Shown here: piece after piece, positions 12,001 through 19,332 of the stretch
Numbering within the stretch: position 1 is the first letter of the stretch
Layout: each line of letters starts with the position of its first letter
Source: Oopsacas minuta
Lineage: Eukaryota > Animalia > Porifera
NCBI GenBank assembly: GCA_024704765.1
Contig: JAKMXF010000332.1
Span: 1,309,861 to 1,373,860, forward strand
Reading direction: 5' to 3'
Length of the DNA: 64,000 nucleotides
The notes under the pieces: generated by a model
What the model saw: only the letters and a program-made list of their open reading frames with translations
Databases searched by the model: none
What the model was told of the DNA's origin: nothing
Program-made: the position numbers and the translations under genes

Positions 12001-12128
12001 GGGTCAGAAATTTGACAGGTTTCCTTGAGTTGGTGTAACAGATCCTCTCTTATCAGTTTCCCATTCCTGCTACAGAAAATATCGATTTTATCCTTATCTT
12101 TCTGTGTAGTTCCATCAATCGAGGCCAT
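9069..12128 (-). CDS. NACHT-domain NLR-like protein (1019 aa): two N-terminal helical death-fold-like repeats, NACHT, short degenerate LRR-like tail
   Basis: Walker A GNPGTGKS, Walker B LLLIIDGLDEF, sensor LLITSR, winged-helix FPHLTIQEYLTAFY, HD2 RMVAKFNCGLL, C-terminal LxxLxL-like segments. The death-fold assignment is by eye only. Confidence 0.88.
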   Translation of the reverse strand: MASIDGTTQKDKDKIDIFCSRNGKLIREDLLHQLKETCQISDPQNEIKNGKLLLQKVLLNSNITPMELSEYCYSFNARNLGDRLRKLDEVLVKRMDTTEFSKSITEEKTVYNLMLKLKNKLTKEDIGEMLADSKQDTFEKFAIKMLKTNYLSNDLTPLVNIFQETNGLEALAREIGEFMPEISKLNKKQFEEELYAFLYNPNVENEYLMLELKELMLTNIVDIPILASESGAGRFRDLYVDLMITDDVDKVTANEESGQLEIENCVKRSGPWLPEYDSADANKGKDLLNKLTKDKDKRIVLIGNPGTGKSIYCRKIVDLYVCGDLPQNRWTLLVTCRDSKWQEIEKDEKIKLKDKLDRFIEIALEDYENWKAIREDIIDQHGKNLLLIIDGLDEFPMNYFEDSLLLQILKMNVLKGCSLLITSRVGAFNGMMNKYRFIISLGKIYQVLGFNKAQRNEYIKKRLGEKSPIYERRLRRVLRNQRELDALSLIPVTIELLVSLIEESGVSQSLLSKGLNTLTDAYKEIIMFLIRRQIRRSQTIEIYAFETLENMPNFVYDYYLKICRIAFDGIKIRKIMFREHEIGSNPGLEGKELPIGLGLLVSSMRKKLEDTKTDHSFPHLTIQEYLTAFYMSYEYLYKDENQGKLLKDEKEKILAPKRKGFLEYFTGEKLKIYRMVAKFNCGLLGKEAVFLISCIFQEDQVKWLPFDGCIRTLTVDRREKYAKYTKSHLGALPYIVETKHINMLAFKQAQEAQATPEDGKKSQLGKFYFIIPNTKLDPIEFSSYCRVLSSEHLYETPLVCISVDLMRMDREDYELMVESLKNAFVRIVHIKFSGSQLDNEDHYRIGKKYREYFTTLTSVCRKNTFSGFYMDVECANFNNPKTLDHYMKLIPKRSIGLRFYACDFINKGDDRENTISLLRKLLLAREKKKTDDDNGYDVQFLDLTRTLHSMDPVIRGLGQRTNIRGIHLEDTYLDDPKDLFDLLKRQEELQELTVRKTFPKDIVLPHLPQPGLESFVFVD

Positions 12129-12699
12129 GAAAGAATCAAGGATGTAGAAAGGAAGTCGAGACTTTTTTCTATTGATAAAACTACCTATCGACAGATGGAA
12201 TGTGAAATAGCACAGTCGGGTATGCTTATCATGAATAGACTACATAGGCTTATAGGGTGTATATTGTATGTTATACTAGCTGGGTTAGCGGTCGCAGGGC
12301 TCTCAACCTGGAAACCTTCAAAATTGTTAGATTAGCAATTTAGTATTATTGTTCTATGAAAAGACCAGGGATTCTGCAGTATTTATTGACCCGAAATTGT
12401 TCGAGTATTGCTGCTTTGCAGAATATATACCAGTACTTCAAATTTTGAGCTGAGCGATCACAACACGACACGAACCGTTTCGTGTCTGGTTGATATATTC
12501 GTGGAGGTCATATCCCAAGCAAATCTTAACCAAAATATGTACATATGAGCATGTACAAATCCTCGGACAGCTAAAACCCACAAATATAGTGCCCCGGAGG
12601 GCACTTTATTTTGTCAACCGTTATACTGTAGTAATCGGGTAAGCTGATTACAAATATGAATTTATCACCAACGTACTGTGAATATGTTGCTACTTTTAT

Positions 12700-12774
12700 A
12701 TTTTGCTCAATTCGAGGCACGAAGTGCCGAGGCCCATGCAAGCCGCACAGCGCAAGCAAGCGAAGCGCGCTAGT
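12700..12774 (+). repeat. Helitron-like 3' terminus
   Basis: GAGGCACGAAGTGCCGAG...GCAAGCGAAGCGCG-CTAG-T, the same terminal motif as at 8807 and 35684. Confidence 0.6.
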
Positions 12775-13383
12775 CTTAAGTAAACACAGTGGCTTTAAAT
12801 GGCTATCCGTAGGCTTTAGGGTCTTGGGTACATTTAAAGTGCATAAAATGTATTATGTACCTATGGGTTATTGCCTATAGCTAGTTGATTGACAGCAAAA
12901 TATTTTTGGTATAGCTTCTATTTTTGAGCTATGATGACGTAATCATAATTTACGCAACATATAAACGAGCGTACAATCTATCTAGGTTGTAGTTAGGGGT
13001 ATAAAATCTATTATTTACTTATGGGTTAATCACTATTTAAGGTAGATTGACAAGATTGAGAATTTTATAGGGCTTCTATTTTCTTGTTATGATGACATAA
13101 GCAAAACTATAAAAGTTAAATACCGGAAGTATCTGTGTTATTTGAGTTATTTAGCTAAAGTGTTCACACTAAAATTATGTACCAAGGAATAAAGTGTTTA
13201 GATTATCAATTTAGCGTTCTTTTTGAAGTATTATTACGGAAATAGCAATTTTATCTAAGAAACGAAAATAATTAAATTTTGAAATTTGTCGGGTAACTCA
13301 GACGTTTTTGCGTGTTCTTAATAACCAACGGTTAATTATTCGTTAAATTTAAATTTAACTATTATAGCCTTATTGCAATTCAA

Positions 13384-13436
13384 GCGTTTCGTCATGTCAT
13401 GGACTCCTCAGTTGCCTCGCCTTTTCCGCAATACAC
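13384..13436 (-). ncRNA. Hammerhead ribozyme-like motif (type III-like fold, GUA cleavage triplet)
   Basis: Minus strand reads GUGU-A-UUGC[GGAAAAGGCGAG]GCAA-CUGAGGA-GUC[CAUGACAU]GAC-GAA-ACGC. CUGANGA and GAAA cores are intact; stem I 4 bp, stem II 3 bp with G10.1-C11.1, stem III 4 bp (one G-U). Confidence 0.6.
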
Positions 13437-13539
13437 ATCAGATGGATCAGTGTTACTTAACGTTTACGTCACAGGGGATATGCCGTTGCGGGTCGCGTTT
13501 CCATTATCTGGGTTCGCCATGATCGGGATTGCGTTGCCT

Positions 13540-13900
13540 GAATAGCCTCGGTCCCACAAAGTTCGATGTACCTTGCCTTTGAGCGCTTTCGAAAACTATT
13601 TGTATGGAAGTTGAAGAAGGAGGGCAAGACGGTACTCAAATATTAACGAATAAATAATGTCTTGATCGTTAGTCTGGTGAAACAAATTTGTACATTTCAG
13701 CCTGCAGGTGTGTCCGATTCTTCCATATTCTTTACACTTAAAAACATTCGAAAACCTATCACAACTGGACAGATAGATTAATACGCACTGAAGCACCATG
13801 TTCAGACTTCAATTCGCTGTATCTTCTCCGAATTGAGGAGAATTCGCCATCTGAAAGATCAAATATCTGGAAGGGAATCGACTGCCGTTCTGAAAGATGG
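13540..13900 (-). pseudogene. Decayed gag/ORF1-like retroelement remnant with CCHC-like zinc knuckle
   Basis: With one frameshift the minus strand reads roughly PVVIGFR-CFKCKEYG(R)IGHTC, i.e. a CX2CX4HX4C-like knuckle with His replaced by Arg; multiple stops. Confidence 0.35.
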
Positions 13901-14449
13901 TTGAGAGAGAAGAAAATCAAGTGCTTCCTGGTTATTGATTTAGAATTCGAATAGTTGCTAGAAATTTGTTAAATAAAGTAGTATAATTATGAATTGCTTC
14001 AAATTCTGAAATTCGTAAATTAACGGGTCGCTCTATAAATGCGGATACCGACATTTCGCTACTTATTTGATTGGTCAATTTTAATTATTATTTTTAATTA
14101 AATTATTCCCCTTAAATATTATAAAATCTACCCTTGTAGAATCCCAGTTATAGTTTAGATTATTGTAAGCCGTTCAAAGTATTGCGTCTAAATTGCATTG
14201 AGTATACTTTCAGAAGTTACGTCAATCAAATAATTCGAAACAACTGATAATGTTTATACATTAATTGGAATGTAAAGCTCAGCAATCATCATCAAATTCT
14301 AGACTCTGTAAACATCGTACAGCTGTTTTAAGAAGTCAATAAGCTCCAAAATTCAATAAATAGGATTGCTTACTTCAATTGTTCAGATCAGTTTTTCTCA
14401 AACTAATTATTCATATATTCTTATTGTATTTTTTCAATTTTATTCATCG

Positions 14450-15864
14450 ATGGCAGAGCCTCCTTCTGATCAACCATTCAGGTGATCAACACCATCAGAG
14501 GAGGCAAGAAGATGATGGAGGGAGGCTATAAGTTTATGGTATAGAGGAGGATTGGAGATGTGGTGCACTGGCAGTGCGAGGAGAGGGGAAAATGTAAGGC
14601 AAGAATACACACCAAAGGTACAGAGATAGTGAAGCGCACAAGTGAACATACTCATACACCTGGCGAGTAGGCCGTGAGCTGCTGCGAGACGAAGATGGGT
14701 ATCAAGAGGAAAGCGCGGGAGTCCCAGGATAGCGCACACCACATAGTGGGCGAGTGTTTGCAGACAGCATCAGAGGGTACTGCTGCTAAACTACCCAAGC
14801 TGGACAGCCTGAAGCGGACAATACAACGCCAACGTGCTAGCGTACTTGCAGCGCCAGTACAGCCTACCACTCTAGCAGAGCTAGCTCTACTAGCAGTCTA
14901 CCAGCAGGCAGCCAAAGGAGAACAGTTCTCACTCTACGGCTCTGGTGCAGACGATGTACACAGATTCCTCATCTTCGGGATGCAGCAGCGAAGCAAGATC
15001 TGGCTAGCTGATGGCACCTTCAAGCCGGCACCTCCCCTCTTCGCTCAGGTGTATGTGGTGCATGGACTCCGTGGAGGAGATGATCCTATGAAGACCGATC
15101 ATCTGTTACCGAGCCTGTTCGTGCTACTGCCCAACAAGACGGAGGCTGCCTACCTGAGGATGTGGGAACAGATCCGCCTACTCTGTCCACTTGCCCAGCC
15201 TCAACAGATGCTCCTGGACATTGAGAAGGGCGCGATTACCAGCTTTGAGCATGTCTGGCCTAACACAGTAGTGAAGTGCTGCTTCTTCCACCTCACACAG
15301 AATATCTGGCGACATGTGCAGTCTGCCTACACACATGACGAAGAGTTGGCTATGCGCATCCGGAGGATACCAGCCCTTGCTTTTGCCCGACCAGCAGACG
15401 TACCCGATCTGTTTGATCAAGTGGCAATGGACCTCCCCCTTACGCCTGAGATAGGCGAACTAGTCGACTACTTTGAGAGGACGTATATCGGCCGCACAGT
15501 TGCCAGCGGATACCATGTAGCGGCGACGTACCCTATTCACTTGTGGAACAACCACATCGGCACGCCCTTAGGGCTCCCCCGTACAACCAACGCTGTAGAG
15601 GCATGGCACCGCAGCTTCAATGCCACTGTCGGCTGCCATCACCCCACCATATGGAAGTTCATCCTCTCCTTCAAGCGTGAGCAGGGCCTAGTGGAGGTGC
15701 GGCATGCTAACTACCTTGTTGACAAACCACCAACCAAGCGGAGGCGGTCCCAACAGACTGAGGAAGCGTTGAAGACTCTAGTTCGTGGATATTATTCTAC
15801 AGATCGTTCTAAAATGGAGTTCTTGCAGGGTGTAGCACATCATTTCAGTCTGGGAGCCGATTAA
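14450..15864 (+). mobile_element. Second MULE transposase gene, disrupted in the FLYWCH N-terminus, core 14674-15864 open
   Basis: ATG 14450 then frameshift/stops; WQCEERGKCKARIH...EHTH (FLYWCH); IWLADGTFK, LLDIEKGA, CCFFHLTQNIW, RTTNAVEAWH. TIRs not located. Confidence 0.9.
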
Positions 15865-16285
15865 TTTGTTAATCTAAAGGATTATCTCTAATCAATGTAT
15901 TTGAGGGCTAGATAATACTTTGATTAACATATTAATCGGCTCCCAGACTGAAATGATGTGCTACACCCTGCAAGAACTCCATTTTAGAACGATCTGTAGA
16001 ATAATATCCACGAACTAGAGTCTTCAACGCTTCCTCAGTCTGTTGGGACCGCCTCCGCTTGGTTGGTGGTTTGTCAACAAGGTAGTTAGCATACCGCACC
16101 TCCACTAGGCCCTGCTCACGCTTGAAGGAGAGGATGAACTTCCATATGGTGGGGTGATGGCAGCCGACAGTGGCATTGAAGCTGCGGTGCCATGCCTCTA
16201 CAGCGTTGGTTGTACGGGGGAGCCCTAAGGGCGTGCCGATGTGGTTGTTCCACAAGTGAATAGGGTACGTCGCCGCTACATGGTA
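15511..16285. repeat. Near-perfect long inverted repeat (foldback) of the MULE 3' end
   Basis: Arms 15511-15887 (377 bp) and 15910-16285 (376 bp), 22-nt loop 15888-15909; only 3 substitutions and 1 indel found by eye. Confidence 0.95.
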
Positions 16286-16348
16286 GATGCTCTGAATACA
16301 GAGAGATGGGTTGCAAAAGTGTGGTAAGAATATCAAATCATCAAATTG

Positions 16349-16369
16349 TATATATATATATATATATAT
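16349..16369. repeat. (TA)n microsatellite
   Basis: About 10 TA units. Confidence 0.9.
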
Positions 16370-17058
16370 CCACCCTATGACAATAATTATGAAATTCATT
16401 AGTAATACAATACGAACCAGAGTAGTAATTCATCTTTAAAGTCCAACAAAGGATCACTCGATAGGGTGGACAATTTTGAGAATGGAATGTTGCTACATTC
16501 CTGGGATATTCTAACGTTGCAGGGAAAATATAATCCTGAACTTCTCGAGTGACCACTCAAACGACGTGGAATCCTTCAATGATTACAATTATTGACATAA
16601 AGTTACGTTTCAGATTACACTGAAGGAGTTGTGTCCATTTTAACATTTCAGAATGTCTCCAAGTGTCAATTTTAAGTGGCTAAATATAGAATGCCAAGCG
16701 AGTTATTCATTACACTCACAGTTTCTTAAACTACATGGTCTAGAGAACTAAAAACTGCAGAGAAATGATTGTTGCCAGATGTTGCAAGGTTTCTAGAAAA
16801 TATATGTCTGTGCCACCAGACTACAGGCACATAAAAAAATGGAAGACTCTGATTCTAACTATAATTTCTATTCCCTTCATTAACAGTAAAAGTTTTAAAG
16901 AAATCGGGAATATACTTAACCTGATACTCACAACAAGCTTATAAACATGTCAAGCATTGACATATATTTTACATAAATTGTAAAAATGAAGACTATCAAC
17001 ACAGTCAAGTCTAAATTTAGATCATAAAATATCCATAACACAGCTAGCCTTTAAAATG

Positions 17059-17751
17059 TTAGGAATCTAAGGGCTTGTTAGGATCTTTAACTTTACTTTC
17101 TAAAGGCATACCCTGATATTTAGTTTTCATCTGTAGCGAATAACCTTTGTGTAAATTCTGCTTTGGACTATTGATTGCTTCAAGAAATGAGGATACTTCT
17201 GATTTAAAACATTCCTCACTTAAAGAGGAAATTTCTTCCTTAAGATCTTCGATATCTTTAGCAAGCAAACACAAATCATTATTTTCAAGCATATCTACTA
17301 ATTCAGTAAGATCTTTTGATACTATTTTTGTTACGAATATTTCAAAATTATCTTGACCAGGGAGCTTCTTACTGATGCACTCAGGAGATAACTCGGTTCG
17401 CAGCATTCTCATCAATTTATAGACTGGACTATCTTCAGTAATAGTTTTAACATCCTTTTCATTAGCATCTATTTTTAACCCCAAAGATTCCGCTAATTCA
17501 TATGACTTTGCACCGAGATCAGGAGCATTGAAAGTACGGCAATACTTCGCTAAATCTCTGGGGTCAATATTTTGTTCCTTTAGAATTTTTCCCAAAAGAC
17601 TCGAACCTTTTAATTCATTGTCTGCGTCTTCAATAAGACAAACCTCTTTGAGTTTCCGCCCAAGATCATCTGAAACTAGTTTACTATTATTCCTACAGAA
17701 ACTGTTGATTTTATTTTCATCACTAACTGCCATAACATGCTTTGAGGCCAT
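17059..17751 (-). CDS. NACHT-less paralogue of the NLR N-terminus (tandem death-fold-like domains only), 230 aa; may be a truncated pseudogene
   Basis: Colinear with the first ~240 aa of 9069-12128: KINSFCRNNSKLVSDDL vs KIDIFCSRNGKLIREDL; YCRTFNAPDLG vs YCYSFNARNLG; TITEDSPVYKLM vs SITEEKTVYNLM; DLTELVDML vs DLTPLVNIF. Both start ATG GCC TC (MAS). Stops just before the NACHT region. Confidence 0.75.
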   Translation of the reverse strand: MASKHVMAVSDENKINSFCRNNSKLVSDDLGRKLKEVCLIEDADNELKGSSLLGKILKEQNIDPRDLAKYCRTFNAPDLGAKSYELAESLGLKIDANEKDVKTITEDSPVYKLMRMLRTELSPECISKKLPGQDNFEIFVTKIVSKDLTELVDMLENNDLCLLAKDIEDLKEEISSLSEECFKSEVSSFLEAINSPKQNLHKGYSLQMKTKYQGMPLESKVKDPNKPLDS

Positions 17752-18945
17752 ACTTGTCAGTATTGTATGATAAATATTGACAGGCTAATACGTATAATTC
17801 AAAAGATATTATAAAGCTTAAGACCTTCAGAACCAGGATGAGAATCTACTTGAAAGAGTGTTAACCTTGTTACGTCACATATATATGTAAATTTGCTATA
17901 TTTCATAAAGGTATGATTATCGATGTATCTCAACCAAAATAGGAATGGCCCTGAGATCTCCTGCCCTCCCTCAGGAAATTTGAAGAATTTCAAGTGATAG
18001 CTATAATTATCATTATATAACTTTAAAATTTGATCTCCCTATTATGAAATCCTGTGAACAGGGTGCTTATATTTTTCTGGGCTTACGGGACCAATTATTT
18101 TTCAACAAGTCTTACGGTAGAGAATTTACCTCATGGCCCCAATAGCAAAATTGGTGTATACGCGTATTAATAATACAATATACAGTAAGTTATCCGAACA
18201 GGATGGAACCGATAGGGTTCTGATAACTAAAATTCTACTGCATTAGGCGCCAAGTTTGGGTATCTGGATCCCCAAGTTTGAAGGCGGATAATGTATTTAT
18301 GCGAAATTTAGATGGTAGCAAGTAGCAACAATTTCGCCTGGTGGACCCGCCCCCCAATTTTGAACTTGTTCCCTAAAACCTGACGCCAATGTGTATAGTC
18401 AAATATTAGTGGTTTTCGGGTTAGAGGAAGAATGAAACATTATTGGATGGAAAATACATGCGTCCGACCTGTACGAATAACTTCTACTCTACTGTGTGTA
18501 TTTTAAATTCACCTGGGAACAGGATGCAGAAGAAAGAGGCCATATTCACTAAGATTTCCTAAAAATATTATTTTCATTTAGTTGATTTTTTACTTAAATA
18601 TATTGCTTTATCTTGTTCAGACTGAAAATCTCACTGCGGTCCACCGTATCTTACAGGAACCTAGAAAATGCGTATACTGCCTGTGAACTAAGAATATATA
18701 GCTGTTACAAATTTAGTAAGACAGTCGAACCTCTGAGATTCTAACTAAAACACATCTCAATACCCTAATGAAATAACCTTGATATTTGGGAATAGAAAGT
18801 CGAAGAATATTGTAATGACAGAAATTCAGGTAAATCTAAGTTACGGTCAGTCGGGGCACCCTCAGACGAATTTACTGAATTAATAAGGTTATAGAACTAG
18901 TATGATTTAACTAAGATAAAATCGGAATCTTACAATATAGCGTTA

Positions 18946-19332
18946 TTACTTTCCAACACCAGGTATATTCTTGATAAGCATAGAATTATACCTACGCAGC
19001 TGTAGACAAACATTCCTTGCTATGGGTTGGTAGTCTGTCTCTTTTGTTTTGTTAGATATAAACTCTTCCATAGCGAAATTACTCTGTTGATGATGTTGCC
19101 ATTTCCGTTCCAGGTTGCAAAGTTGAACGTAAGTTTCATTATCATTCAGCAGCTGTTTAGCAGATTCATACGTTTGAGTGGTACGGGTTACCAAGTTCTT
19201 AAAATGTTCTCTCTGTAGAGTTAGATTTTCCTTCTCCTCGCCAAGACGAAAACGCTTCTCGGTTTCTGACTGTTCAAGTGCATTGAAGTCTGAGTAGAGT
19301 TTAATCTCAGAAACGAGGGTATTAACTTTACC
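18946..19332 (-). CDS. IFT74: IFT74 exon 5 (terminal)
   Basis: Acceptor ATTAG|GGTAAA (GKVNTLVSEIKLYSDFNAL...); stop TAA at 18948-18946. Confidence 0.92.
   Translation of the reverse strand, partial: GKVNTLVSEIKLYSDFNALEQSETEKRFRLGEEKENLTLQREHFKNLVTRTTQTYESAKQLLNDNETYVQLCNLERKWQHHQQSNFAMEEFISNKTKETDYQPIARNVCLQLRRYNSMLIKNIPGVGK

Noticed and set aside
15932-16399. 155-aa minus-strand ORF as an independent gene
   Set aside because: It is the inverted copy of the MULE C-terminus fused to microsatellite-derived codons.
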